DNA from: an uncultured bacterium
GTDB lineage: Bacteria > Auribacterota > Erginobacteria > Erginobacterales > Erginobacteraceae
Length of the DNA: 64,000 nucleotides
Direction of reading: 5' to 3'
NCBI GenBank assembly: GCA_963822585.1
Contig: CAWGIE010000031.1
Coordinates: 1 to 64,000 of the forward strand
Position 1 is the first letter of the stretch. Each line of letters starts with the position of its first letter. Position numbers and translations under genes: made by a program. Shown in pieces: positions 1 to 10,170 of this stretch. The notes under the pieces are model-generated. The model was not told the origin of the DNA, searched no databases, and saw only the letters and a program-made list of their open reading frames with translations.

Positions 1-11
1 TCTATTCTTTT

Positions 12-293
12 CTATAAACAACGAGATGAGCGGTTCATGCCGATTACTTTTCGCAGCGCGGAATCGGGTTTCTTCAATTCCCGGGCGCCCCGGGTGATTT
101 TGCAGAGGCTCAGATGGAGCCGCCGGGCGATCTCGCGCTGGCTCTCCCCTTCCATCAGCAGCTTCACCAGCTCCCAGCGGGACGAGAGATCGACGATCTC
201 TTTGGGAGTAAGGATCTCCCGGAAGAACCGGTCGATCAGCTCCGGATCTTCTATTTTCGACAACTTCCGTGAAATTTCTTTAATCGCGTCCAT
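12..293 (-). CDS. TrpR/YerC-YecD family helix-turn-helix repressor
   Basis: ILTPKEIVDLSSRWELVKLLMEGESQREIARRLHLSLCKITRGARELK is the Trp repressor-like signature; start trimmed to ATG at 293. Confidence 0.85.
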   Translation of the reverse strand: MDAIKEISRKLSKIEDPELIDRFFREILTPKEIVDLSSRWELVKLLMEGESQREIARRLHLSLCKITRGARELKKPDSALRKVIGMNRSSRCL

Positions 294-513
294 GGTCACG
301 ATTCTACAAAGAGAAACTTTTGTAGCGGAAAGGAGGATAATTGTCAACCCGGTTTCGAGAAATTCCTTCCAGCCGGAAATAAAATATCCCGCTCGAGCGA
401 CTGTTATGAGGAAGCGGGGAGATGGTCCTTCCAAAAACTCGATCCCCTAACCTGAAATATCCCCGGTTCCGGTCACAATATCTCCTCTTCCCCTTTTTCC
501 CCCATAGGCCTTT

Positions 514-589
514 AAATCCCCCCCCTGGGGGGGGGGATTTACAAACTTCCGTTAACCGGCATAATAGGGACGGGGGCAAATCCGCCCTG
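514..589 (+). repeat. ~70-bp direct repeat, copy 1 (C8/G-run hairpin plus TTTACA-N16-CATAAT promoter-like motif)
   Basis: Aligns with 11635-11706: TCCCCCCCC..GGGGGGGATTTACAAA(C/T)TTCCGTTAACCGGCATAAT..GCAAATCCGCCCTG. Confidence 0.85.
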
Positions 590-1097
590 GGAATTCCGGG
601 GACACCATACTCAATTAATTCCGTTAATTCCGGGGACACCATACTCAATTATTTTGCTTCAGAGATTTTGTTAATTCCGGGGACACCATACTCAATTATT
701 TTGCTTCAGAGATTTTGGTCCAGGTTTACGTGGGGTCAATACCCGATGTAAAAGGTTTTCCAGAGTACGGGCAAATTTTTTTGTTCCCAATGGCCTCCCG
801 GTCCTTTCGTGTAATCGTATCTTTTCTATACTCTTCTCTTTAAGCGGACGGGCAAGTAATTTCTCCCAATTACCAAAAAAATCAAGGAGGGGCCGTGCTT
901 TTACCAGTCCATCATCAAAACCGAAAATATGGGCCCGGGCACTGCTCCAGGGATAACTTCCCGGTTCTTTTATAAGTCCGGATCTTACGGGATTTAATTC
1001 AACGTAACGTGCTGAGAAATATAAATGCCTGTTATCCATGGGGAAGGAAAAAAAACGTCCCTGCCAAAGATGACCCCTCCATCCTTCACGAAAATTT
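590..1097 (-). mobile_element. Truncated copy of the HUH/Y1 transposase element (left-end repeat array plus 3' part of the gene)
   Basis: Near-identical to 1100-1607 at a 510-bp offset with a few substitutions; breaks off at ~1097 where the next element begins. Confidence 0.85.
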
Positions 1098-1099
1098 TG

Positions 1100-2086
1100 G
1101 GAATTCCGGGGACACCATACTCAATTAATTCCGTTAATTCCGGGGACACCATACTCAATTATTTTGCTTCAGAGATTTTGTTAATTCCGGGGACACCATA
1201 CTCAATTATTTTGCTTCAGAGATTTTGGTCCAGGTTTACGTGGGGTCAATACCCGATGTAAAAGGTTTTCCAGAGTACGGGCAAATTTTTTTGTTCCCAA
1301 TGGCCTCCCGGTCCTTTCGTGTAATCGTATCTTTTCTATACTCTTCTCTTTAAGCGGACGGGCAAGTAATTTCTCCCAATTACCAAAAAAATCAAGGAGG
1401 GGCCGTGCTTTTACCAGTCCATCATCAAAACCGAAAATATGGGCCCGGGCACTGCTCCAGGGATAACTTCCCGGTTTTTTTATAAGTCCGGATCTTACGG
1501 GATTTAATTCAACGTAACGTGCTGAGAAATATAAGTGCCTGTTATCCATGGGGAAGGAAAAAAACCGCCCCTGCCAAAGATGACCCCTCCATCCTTCACG
1601 AAAATTTACCATCCTGGTATATCGGCGATGTGCTTCCCCAATTGCCCTTCGTAAGCCTTCTTCGCTGGAAGGAACTGCAATCAGATGGGTATGGTTTGGC
1701 ATTAAGCAGTATGCCCAGATATCTACTTTGCATTTAAGACACCATCTCGACATTAAATTAATATAGGTTTGATAATCTTCCGCGCAAAAAAAAGTTTTCA
1801 GTCGACGATTACCTCTTTGGGTAATGTGATGGGGGATTCCTGGAACAATTACTCTTGCCATCCTTGCCATGATTCGCCTCCTTAATTAGATCAAATTATT
1901 CTTATTGTTCTTCACTAATTAGTCGGGCGAACAGCAATATTTATTCCTAAAAAAATACTATACTTTAGTTTTAATTATATGATTGCATAATTACGTATGG
2001 TGTCCCCGGAACTACCCCCATAATTACGTATGGTGTCCCCGGAACTACCCCCGGAACTACCAATTACGTATGGTGTCCCCGGAACT
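1100..2086 (-). mobile_element. HUH/Y1 (RAYT/IS200-like) transposase element with iterated inverted terminal repeats, copy A
   Basis: 3 x AATTCCGGGGACACCATACTCAATTA at the left end; 3 full plus 1 partial GTATGGTGTCCCCGGAACT at the right end; transposase between. Confidence 0.85.
1202..1870 (-). CDS. REP-associated tyrosine transposase-like (Y1_Tnp, HUH) protein
   Basis: HHITQRGN, AYCLMPNHTHL (HUH), RYVELNPVRSGL, YPWSS motifs; GGAGG RBS upstream. Confidence 0.92.
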   Translation of the reverse strand: MARMARVIVPGIPHHITQRGNRRLKTFFCAEDYQTYINLMSRWCLKCKVDIWAYCLMPNHTHLIAVPSSEEGLRRAIGEAHRRYTRMVNFREGWRGHLWQGRFFSFPMDNRHLYFSARYVELNPVRSGLIKKPGSYPWSSARAHIFGFDDGLVKARPLLDFFGNWEKLLARPLKEKSIEKIRLHERTGRPLGTKKFARTLENLLHRVLTPRKPGPKSLKQNN

Positions 2087-2943
2087 TCGGTGACGCCCAC
2101 CCCGTCGATGACTCCCACTCCATCGGTCACTCCTACTCCATCGGCGACGCCCACCCCGTCAGTTACTCCGACGCCCTCGGTCACGCCAACGCCCGACTAC
2201 TGTATGGCCCCCCTGCTGCTGGCCGACCTGGAAGACATGTGGCTGGCGCAGACGCGGGCGACGGCCTCCGACGGGTGGTACTACCAGGTGGTGAAGGCGG
2301 ATCCTCTCTCGGATGTGTACGGAGAGATATACGACAACGCCGACAGCTTCAGCGACCAGTCAGCGTACCCCTCCTACCCGGCGGCCCTGAGGATAACCCG
2401 GGCCGGTGAAGACGTGGATATTCAGGCGGGGGATTACCTGGGGCTGACCTACGACGGGGCGCAGACGCTTTATGTCTATCCTCCCGCGCTGGCCGGTGGC
2501 ATCGACGTCTATTACTACATCGGGCTGGACGGATCCACCTACAATGACCCGGAACTCTGCGACCCGGCCAAGCTGGTCCCGACACCGACGCCTACCGCGA
2601 CAGCATCCGTGACGCCGACACCGACCCCCACGCCAATCCCGACATCTTCCGTAACACCTTCTCCTACCGTCACGCCCACTCCCTCCGTTTCGCCGCCGCC
2701 ATCAGCAAACCCACCCCGACGGATACTCCATCGGAGGCACCTTCAGCCACGCCCACACCGTCGCCGGTGCCCACGCCGAGTCTTTATCCCACGCCGGAGT
2801 ATCTGGTTCTTGACTCGGGTGATTACGACGGCGAGGGGATCTCGGATATCGCTATCTTTCGTCCTTCCCCTGGCCTCTGGGCGATCCGAGAGATCACCAG
2901 GGCCCAATAGGAAAGATCCGGCGATAACCCGGTGACACGATAA
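2087..2943 (+). pseudogene. 5'-truncated, frameshifted, internally deleted paralog of the Pro/Thr-repeat surface protein at 5588-8623
   Basis: Starts mid-repeat directly at the element end; shares the [20 protein letters not shown] domain; frame lost after ~2700; first FG-GAP-like repeat is joined to the last. Confidence 0.85.
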
Positions 2944-2959
2944 GACAATCCAAACAGGG

Positions 2960-3001
2960 AAAAGACCAGGCTGGATCCGTATGGGTTCAGCCTGGTCTTT
3001 T
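2960..3001 (+). terminator. Intrinsic terminator-like hairpin
   Basis: AAAAGACCAGGCTGGATCC-GTAT-GGGTTCAGCCTGGTCTTTT; homologous to 8640-8682. Confidence 0.75.
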
Positions 3002-3303
3002 AGTCGTAAAAATTTACCACATCCCCTTACTTCCTTATCACCGTGCTCCCTCTGGTTCACATGAATCAAAAAAGATTATTCTTGAACAATGACAGAGGAT
3101 TCGGCATATTTTTATTATTGGTGATAACTTTACTCTATTAAGTATAAGAAAATTTGGATCGACAAAAATGTTTTGTCTATAGCCCAGCGTCGGTTTGATT
3201 ATCCGGCTGGGTTTTTATTTGCAGTGAGGTAGGCGTAAGCCGGAAATATTTTCTCGGGGAAATCATGATTAATCGGAACCGAGAACAACCAGGAGGCACC
3301 GGA

Positions 3304-4272
3304 ATGAAGACATTGATAATGATGGCCATGGGGATCATGTTGGCGCTCTTTGCGGGAGGACTGGTTTATGCCCAGCCCGCGCCCACGATGTACACGCTGA
3401 ATAACATCTATTATTACCTGGTTGAGGGGACCGAGGCGTCGTGGGGCGCCCATAGCCTGGAGCCGCAGTCGGGGGTTCCGGGGGGAGCGGTCCCCGGATA
3501 CGGCAAGAGCGCGGGCGACATCTATGACGATGCCAAGGCGGGTTTTGACAGTTGCGACGCCGTGCCCGGACAGGTAATGGACACGGCGACGTTCTTCAGC
3601 ACCGACACCGGCAACTGGGGACCGAAGGCGGGAACCATCGCGACGCGGACGGTGAGCAACGCCACGGTGAGCCAGTCGGAGGGGTATTATGCCGCCTTCA
3701 ACCTTTCGACGGAGGACACCGACCTGGCGGCGGGGAACATTAAGAACAACGTGGTCATTTACGGGATTACCGGCACTGCCGGAGTTCTTCTCAAGACCGG
3801 GCAGACGACGAGTTATTATACCGGTGATGACGGGGCTTACCAGAAGGGCACCGCCTTCAGCTACCAGACATCTGACCCGGCAGCGAACGGGGAGATCGTC
3901 ACCACCGACAATGTCACCGGCCTGATGTGGGCCTCGGACGGGACCGGGGCGGGGTGTGACTACGGTGGCCAATGGACCTGGACCGAGGCGCTCGACTGGG
4001 CGGAGGGGTTGACATTCGCGGGATACTCGGATTGGAGGCTGCCCAACATCACCGAACTGCAAACATTATTAGTCCGAGATGCCGGATATGGTGGTATCTA
4101 TATCGACTCAACCTATTTCCCGAACACGGTTTCGAACCGCTATTGGTCCTCTACTACTCTTCCGAGCTCTACCACGGAGGCCCTGGACGCGCGCTTCTTC
4201 CACGGCGACGTGCAAAGCAACGTTAAGAATTCTAGCGTCTTCTATGTTCGGGCGGTTCGCGGCGGCGAGTAG
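3304..4272 (+). CDS. Secreted DUF1566 (Lcl C-terminal, C-type lectin-like) protein; candidate DGR target
   Basis: AGGAGG RBS then ATG 3304; signal peptide; TDNVTGLMW, GYSDWRLPNITEL, YWSST, YVRAVRGG motifs. Confidence 0.88.
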   Translation: MKTLIMMAMGIMLALFAGGLVYAQPAPTMYTLNNIYYYLVEGTEASWGAHSLEPQSGVPGGAVPGYGKSAGDIYDDAKAGFDSCDAVPGQVMDTATFFSTDTGNWGPKAGTIATRTVSNATVSQSEGYYAAFNLSTEDTDLAAGNIKNNVVIYGITGTAGVLLKTGQTTSYYTGDDGAYQKGTAFSYQTSDPAANGEIVTTDNVTGLMWASDGTGAGCDYGGQWTWTEALDWAEGLTFAGYSDWRLPNITELQTLLVRDAGYGGIYIDSTYFPNTVSNRYWSSTTLPSSTTEALDARFFHGDVQSNVKNSSVFYVRAVRGGE

Positions 4273-4388
4273 CCCCGATGGGATAGGCTTTGCCATCCCA
4301 CGGGGTAAACCGTCGAATTGACATTTTGACCTTTCCGGGTTCCGATTTATCGGAGCGCCGAATGAAAATATAGAGGAGAATCAACGCG

Positions 4389-5351
4389 ATGAAATCAACA
4401 ATACTGGCTATCGGGATCGTTTTCCTCCTGGGGGCAGCGGGGATGGCTTACGGACAGCCGTCGTCCACTATGTACACCCTCGACCAGATCTATTACTATC
4501 TGGTCGAGGGGACCGAATCGGCCTGGGGCGCCCATAGCCTGGAGCCGCAGTCGGGGGTTCCGGGGGGAGCGGTCCCCGGATACGGCAAGAGCGCGGGCGA
4601 CATCTATGACGATGCCAAGGCGGGTTTTGACAGTTGCGACGCCGTGCCCGGACAGGTAATGGACACGGCGACGTTCTTCAGCACCGACACCGGCAACTGG
4701 GGACCGAAGGCGGGAACCATCGCGACGCGGACGGTGAGCAACGCCACGGTGAGCCAGTCGGAGGGGTATTATGCCGCCTTCAACCTTTCGACGGAGGATA
4801 CCGACCTGGCGGCGGGGAACATTAAGAACAACGTGGTCATTTACGGGATTACCGGCACTGCCGGAGTTCTTCTCAAGACCGGGCAGACGACGAGTTATCA
4901 TACCGGTGATGACGGGGCTTACCAGAAGGGCACCGCCTTCAGCTACCAGACATCTGACCCGGCAGCGAACGGGGAGATCGTCACCACCGACAATGTCACC
5001 GGCCTGATGTGGGCCTCGGACGGGATGGGGGCGGGGTGTGACTACGGTGTCAACTGGACCTGGACCGAGGCGCTCGACTGGGCGGAGGGGTTGACATTCG
5101 CTGGATACACGGATTGGAGGCTGCCCAACATCACCGAACTGCAAACATTATTGGTCCGAGATGCCGGATATGGTGGAATCTATATCGACTCAACCTATTT
5201 CCCGAACACGGTTCCGGGCCCCTATTGGTCCTCTACTACTCTCCCGAGCTCTACCACGGACGCCCTGTACGCGCGCTTCTCCCACGGCGACGTGCAAAGC
5301 GGCGGTTGGGCTATGGCCCGCTATGTTCGCGCGGTTCGCGGCGGCGGGTAG
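4389..5351 (+). CDS. Secreted DUF1566 protein, tandem paralog; candidate DGR target
   Basis: Nearly identical to 3304-4272 in the middle; divergent signal peptide and last ~50 codons. Confidence 0.88.
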   Translation: MKSTILAIGIVFLLGAAGMAYGQPSSTMYTLDQIYYYLVEGTESAWGAHSLEPQSGVPGGAVPGYGKSAGDIYDDAKAGFDSCDAVPGQVMDTATFFSTDTGNWGPKAGTIATRTVSNATVSQSEGYYAAFNLSTEDTDLAAGNIKNNVVIYGITGTAGVLLKTGQTTSYHTGDDGAYQKGTAFSYQTSDPAANGEIVTTDNVTGLMWASDGMGAGCDYGVNWTWTEALDWAEGLTFAGYTDWRLPNITELQTLLVRDAGYGGIYIDSTYFPNTVPGPYWSSTTLPSSTTDALYARFSHGDVQSGGWAMARYVRAVRGGG

Positions 5352-5587
5352 CCGTCGAATTGACATTTTGACCTTTCCGGGTTCCGATTTATCGGAGCGC
5401 TGAATGAAAACTATTTTTTAGAAAAGCTTATGAGCGGCGGACTCAATCAAAACAGCCGGAATCTCCGTCCGAAGGCCGGTTCGGGGAGCGTTCACCCCGG
5501 GATACTGAATATTTATCACCATCTAAAATGAATCTCGGCGTACAAAGATATATACAACAAATCGGCATTCCAAATCGGGAGGCAACT

Positions 5588-8500
5588 GTGAAGAAAACGG
5601 GGACACGCGTCACCCTGGCGCTTACGGCGGCTATGATGATATTCGCGCTGCCGGGACTGGTCCGGGCGGGCAACATCGACCCGGTGGATAAATGGGCCTG
5701 GGGGGAGAACGTCGGCTGGGTGAACTTCAGCTCGACGGCCTCGGTGACGGTGGAAGCCAACGGTCTCTCCGGTTACGCCTATTCCGACACGATCGGCTGG
5801 ATCAAGCTGGGGGTCGACGGCGGCCCTCCCTACGCCAACACGACTTATGAGAACTGGGGCGTAAACAACGACGCGACGGGAAATCTATCGGGCTACGGAT
5901 TCAACGAGATCGCCGGCTGGGTGAATTTTTCCAGCGGTGACTACCCGGAGCGGGTGGTGATCGACGGGGACGGCAACTTCTCCGGCTACGCCTGGGCGCC
6001 GCAGGCGGGCTGGGTGAACTTCAGCTCGGTGGGCGATGTGGATTACAAGGTCAAGACTGAATGGAGCGAGGCGACGCCCACGCCGACACCGTCGGCCACG
6101 TCCACACCCAGCGCGACACCAACTCCATTGGTTACCCCGACGCCTTCCGTTACTCCTACACCATCGGTCACGCCGACGCCGTCGGTGACACCGACACCTT
6201 CTGCCACTCCTACATCCTCGGTTACACCTACTCCCTCTGTGACCCCGACGCCGTCTGTGACTCCTACTCCCAGCATCACCCCAACACCGTTGGTAACACC
6301 AACGCCGTTGGTCACTCCGACACCGAGCATGACACCAACACCTTCCATTACCCCAACGCCATCCATCACTCCTACACCATCTGTGACACCAACACCGAGC
6401 ATAACGCCGACGCCATCCGTCACGCCAACACCCTCAGTAACACCTACAGCTTCGGTGACTCCAACTCCATCTGTGACACCAACGCCAAGCGTCACGCCTA
6501 CGCCTTCGGTCACTCCGACCCCGACCATGACCCCGACTCCAAGTACGACTCCCACACCCAGCGTAACGCCTACGGCATCCGTAACCCCTACACCTTCAGT
6601 GACGCCCACACCCAGCATAACCCCGACACCATCGGTAACACCAACAGCTTCAGTTACTCCAAGTCCATCGGTTACCCCAACGCCGTCTGTTACTCCGACT
6701 GCGTCCGTTACGCCTACGCCTTCGGTCACTCCGACAGCATCGGTTACGCCTACTCCATCGGTCACACCGACTCCCAGCGTAACTCCGACGCCCTCGGTGA
6801 CGCCGACAGCGAGCGTCACTCCCACTCCTTCAGTAACGCCTACGGCGTCGGTAACTCCAACTCCATCCGTGACTCCCACGCCAAGCGTGACACCAACACC
6901 CAGTGTGACACCCACGCCTTCAGTCACGCCCACTCCGTCGGTTACTCCTACGCCAAGTGTTACGCCGACCCCATCGGCCACACCTACGCCGTCAGTTACT
7001 CCTACACCTTCAGTGACGCCTACACCGAGCGTAACTCCTACGTCGTCTGTCACGCCGACGCCATCCGTGACCCCGACCCCGTCGGTTACACCAACATCAT
7101 CCGTTACCCCCACTCCTTCCATGACGCCGTCTCCGACTCCGTCGTCGACGCCTACGGCGACACCGTCAGTTACTCCGACACCAAGCATCACACCGACACC
7201 CGATTACTGCACCGCGCCCCTGCTGATCGCCGACCTGGAAGACATGTGGCTGGCGCAGACGCGTTCTTCGGTTGCCGACGGCTGGTACTTCCAGGTGGTG
7301 AAGGCGGAGCCTCTCTCGGATGTGTACGGGGAGATCTACGACAGTGCAGACAGCTTTGGCGACCAGTCGTCTTTCCCATCCTACCCGGCGGCGTTGAGGA
7401 TAACGCGGGGGAATGAAGATGTCGATATTCAGGAGGGGGATTATCTGGAGCTGACCTACGACGGGGCCCTGACGATCCAGGTCTATCCGCCGCCGCTTTC
7501 CGGTGACATTGACGTCTATTACTACATCGGGCTGGATGGGGCTACCTATAATGATGTCGAACTCTGTGACGCGGCCAAGCTGGTCCCGACGCCGTCGCCA
7601 TCGGTTACCCCGACACCTTCCCTGACGCCGTCTCCGACTCCGTCGTCAACGCCGACGGCAACGCCGTCAGCCACCCCGACATCTTCCGTAACACCGCCTC
7701 CTACCGTCACGCCCACCCCATCCGTTCCGCCGACGCCATCAGCAACACCTACACCGACGCCGTCAGCCACGCCGACGGCTACTCCGTCGCCGGCGCCTTC
7801 CGCCACGCCCCCGCCGTCACCGGTACCCACGCCGAGTCTTTATCCCACGCCGGAGTACCTGGTGATCGACTCGGGTGATTACGACGGCGACGGGATCTCG
7901 GATATCGCGATCTTCCGGCCGGATACCGGCCTCTGGGCGGTCCGGGGACTGGGAAGAACCTACTTCGGCACGGCCGGTGACGTACCGGTCAGCGGGGATT
8001 ACAACGGCGACGGGATTACCGATGTCTCCATCTTCCGGTCCTCAAACGGTCTCTGGGCGGTCAAGGAGGTTACCCGTCTCTACTTCGGCGGCTCGTCAGA
8101 CATCCCGGTCCCGGGCGACTACGACGGGGACGGATCGTGCGATGTCGCCGTCTTCGGCGATTCGAGCGGACGCTGGGCCGTGCGGGATATCACCCGGGTC
8201 TATTTCGGGGGTTTGAATGATCGTCCGGTTCCGGGCGATTTCGCGGGAACCGGCGCTGCTTCAATCGGCATCTTCCGCCCGTCTTCCGGCCTCTGGGGGG
8301 TCCGGGGCTTCACCCGGATCTACTTCGGCGCTAACGGGGATCAGCCGGTTCCGGGTGTCTATCAATGGTACGGGATGGGGAAAACGGCTGGAGCCTTCCG
8401 GACCCAGGCCGCCATCTTCCGTCGCGCCAATGGTCTCTGGGCGCTCCGAGGTGTTACCCGGGTCTATTTCGGAGCTTCGGGAGATACAGCGGTAATTGGA

Positions 8501-8623
8501 AACTTCGCCGCCGACGCGCTTGATGAGTTCGGCATCTTCCGTCCTTCTCCCGGCCTCTGGGCGATCCGGGAGGTCACCCGGGCCTACTTCGGAAGATCCG
8601 GCGATGTTCCGGTGACCCGATAA
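5588..8623 (+). CDS. Large secreted surface protein: N-terminal GW-rich domain, long (SVTPTP)n stalk, globular domain, six ~40-aa FG-GAP-like repeats
   Basis: GGAGG RBS then GTG 5588; signal peptide ending VRA; six GDYDGDG..DIAIFR...GLWAVRG.TR.YFG-type repeats. Confidence 0.88.
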   Translation: MKKTGTRVTLALTAAMMIFALPGLVRAGNIDPVDKWAWGENVGWVNFSSTASVTVEANGLSGYAYSDTIGWIKLGVDGGPPYANTTYENWGVNNDATGNLSGYGFNEIAGWVNFSSGDYPERVVIDGDGNFSGYAWAPQAGWVNFSSVGDVDYKVKTEWSEATPTPTPSATSTPSATPTPLVTPTPSVTPTPSVTPTPSVTPTPSATPTSSVTPTPSVTPTPSVTPTPSITPTPLVTPTPLVTPTPSMTPTPSITPTPSITPTPSVTPTPSITPTPSVTPTPSVTPTASVTPTPSVTPTPSVTPTPSVTPTPTMTPTPSTTPTPSVTPTASVTPTPSVTPTPSITPTPSVTPTASVTPSPSVTPTPSVTPTASVTPTPSVTPTASVTPTPSVTPTPSVTPTPSVTPTASVTPTPSVTPTASVTPTPSVTPTPSVTPTPSVTPTPSVTPTPSVTPTPSVTPTPSATPTPSVTPTPSVTPTPSVTPTSSVTPTPSVTPTPSVTPTSSVTPTPSMTPSPTPSSTPTATPSVTPTPSITPTPDYCTAPLLIADLEDMWLAQTRSSVADGWYFQVVKAEPLSDVYGEIYDSADSFGDQSSFPSYPAALRITRGNEDVDIQEGDYLELTYDGALTIQVYPPPLSGDIDVYYYIGLDGATYNDVELCDAAKLVPTPSPSVTPTPSLTPSPTPSSTPTATPSATPTSSVTPPPTVTPTPSVPPTPSATPTPTPSATPTATPSPAPSATPPPSPVPTPSLYPTPEYLVIDSGDYDGDGISDIAIFRPDTGLWAVRGLGRTYFGTAGDVPVSGDYNGDGITDVSIFRSSNGLWAVKEVTRLYFGGSSDIPVPGDYDGDGSCDVAVFGDSSGRWAVRDITRVYFGGLNDRPVPGDFAGTGAASIGIFRPSSGLWGVRGFTRIYFGANGDQPVPGVYQWYGMGKTAGAFRTQAAIFRRANGLWALRGVTRVYFGASGDTAVIGNFAADALDEFGIFRPSPGLWAIREVTRAYFGRSGDVPVTR
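6073..7201 (+). repeat. 18-bp period coding repeat, roughly 60 copies of (S-V-T-P-T-P)
   Basis: Read from the translation; nucleotide units vary strongly at synonymous sites. Confidence 0.95.
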
Positions 8624-8639
8624 GACAATCTAAATAGGA

Positions 8640-8682
8640 AAAAGACCAGGCTGGATTCATATGGGTTCAGCCCGGGTTTTTT
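8640..8682 (+). terminator. Intrinsic terminator-like hairpin
   Basis: ACCAGGCTGGATTC-ATAT-GGGTTCAGCCCGGG followed by a T run. Confidence 0.7.
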
Positions 8683-8837
8683 ATTTTAGACAGATACTGG
8701 AGAACACCGGGAAGAACAACGAAAGAAACACTTGGAAAAACGGATAAAATAGGAGGGATAAAATTGTGAGAACAATGTGATTTTCAGATCGCTGGAAATC
8801 CAATGGAGAATGATCAGAACATAAAAGGAGGCGCGTT

Positions 8838-10148
8838 GTGAAGAAATTGTTTGTTGTATTGATGGTATTGCCGGCATTGGTAATTATGGTGCAGGCGGCT
8901 GACTTCAACGGGGACGGGACGGGGGAGATTGCTATTTTTAGAGAAAGCTCCGGTCTCTGGGCGATCAGGGGGGTAACCCGGGTTTATTTCGGGAGTAGCG
9001 ACGATAATGTCGTTCCGGGTGATTATGATGGCAACGGGACGGATGCCCTGGCTATCTTCCGTCCGGCCAGCGGATTGTGGGCCGCCCGCGGTGTCACCCG
9101 GGTTTACTTCGGGGGCGTAAGTGACGAGGCCAAACCGGGGGACTATAACGGGGACGGAACGTTTGATGTCGGTATCTTCCGGGGGAGTTCCGGCCTCTGG
9201 GCGGTAAGAGATGTCACCAGGATTTATTACGGCAGATCGACCGATCTGGCCATCGCGCCCGGGACCGTCAAAGCGCCTACCCGAACGATCAACGTTTCCT
9301 CCACTGCCCAGGCCGCTGGATATTACGCGGCCTTCGACCTGGCGACGGTGGAGCCCGTTCTGTCTTCCTCCAATATCAGAAGCGGGGTTACCGTCTTCGG
9401 CGTCGCGGGCGACACGAACGTGGTGAACACTTCCTCCGGAACTGCCGCGGCCTCGGATATCAAGAGCGGCCAGGTCGCCTGGGTGGATGGGAACGAAGTG
9501 ACGGGGACCATTCCCACCCAAACGGTGAGCAACGCCACGGTGAGTCAGTCGGCGGGGTATTATTCCGCCTTCGACCTCTCGACGGTGGATACCGACCTGG
9601 CGGCGGCCAATATCAAAAGCGGTGTTGTCATTTATGGGGTCAACGGCAGCTATTTAGGCGGCGGAAGTTTGCCCGTTACCGGCCAGACGACCTCGTATGC
9701 TGATTATGACGATGGATACTATGAGATGGGAAGCGCCTTCAACTATCAGACTTCCGATCCGGCGGCGAACGGTGATATTGTGACAACGGATAATGTCACC
9801 GGATTGATATGGGCTTCGGATGGAAACGAGGCCGGGTGCAACTGGGGACAGCAGACTAACTGGAACGCGGCAATTGATTGGTGCAGCAATCTTGACTTCG
9901 CCGGCTACGATGACTGGAGGCTGCCGAATGTAAAAGAGCTGCAGTCCATAATCGATTATGGAACTATTAGCCCCGCAATTGATACCACGTACTTCATTAA
10001 CACCAAGTCGGACTTTTACTGGTCCTCGACTACGGTCGACGACGATATCTCGGTCGCCTGGTACGTGAGTTTCTACAATGGCTACGTCTACGGCAACAAT
10101 AAGACCAGCAACTTCGACTATGTCCGGGCCGTCCGCGGCGGCGAATAG
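8838..10148 (+). CDS. Secreted protein with three FG-GAP-like repeats, stalk repeats and a C-terminal DUF1566 domain; candidate DGR target
   Basis: AGGAGG RBS, GTG start, signal peptide; WRLPNVKEL, YWSSTT, YVRAVRGGE. Confidence 0.88.
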   Translation: MKKLFVVLMVLPALVIMVQAADFNGDGTGEIAIFRESSGLWAIRGVTRVYFGSSDDNVVPGDYDGNGTDALAIFRPASGLWAARGVTRVYFGGVSDEAKPGDYNGDGTFDVGIFRGSSGLWAVRDVTRIYYGRSTDLAIAPGTVKAPTRTINVSSTAQAAGYYAAFDLATVEPVLSSSNIRSGVTVFGVAGDTNVVNTSSGTAAASDIKSGQVAWVDGNEVTGTIPTQTVSNATVSQSAGYYSAFDLSTVDTDLAAANIKSGVVIYGVNGSYLGGGSLPVTGQTTSYADYDDGYYEMGSAFNYQTSDPAANGDIVTTDNVTGLIWASDGNEAGCNWGQQTNWNAAIDWCSNLDFAGYDDWRLPNVKELQSIIDYGTISPAIDTTYFINTKSDFYWSSTTVDDDISVAWYVSFYNGYVYGNNKTSNFDYVRAVRGGE

Positions 10149-10170
10149 CTGTCGAATTGACAATTTGACT

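Noticed and set aside
592..698. CRISPR-like repeat-spacer arrays at 592-698, 1102-1208, 1986-2086 and 11527-11632
   Set aside because: Intervening sequences are very short, irregular and derived from the element itself. The arrays are inverted around a transposase and no cas genes are present.
2030..2935. 301-aa ORF as an intact gene
   Set aside because: Its start lies inside the element end repeats, it lacks a signal peptide, and its last ~70 aa are out of frame relative to the paralog.
6043..7830. Long antisense and alternate-frame ORFs (GVGVT repeats; 6061-7416)
   Set aside because: They are shadows of the stop-poor Pro/Thr repeat.
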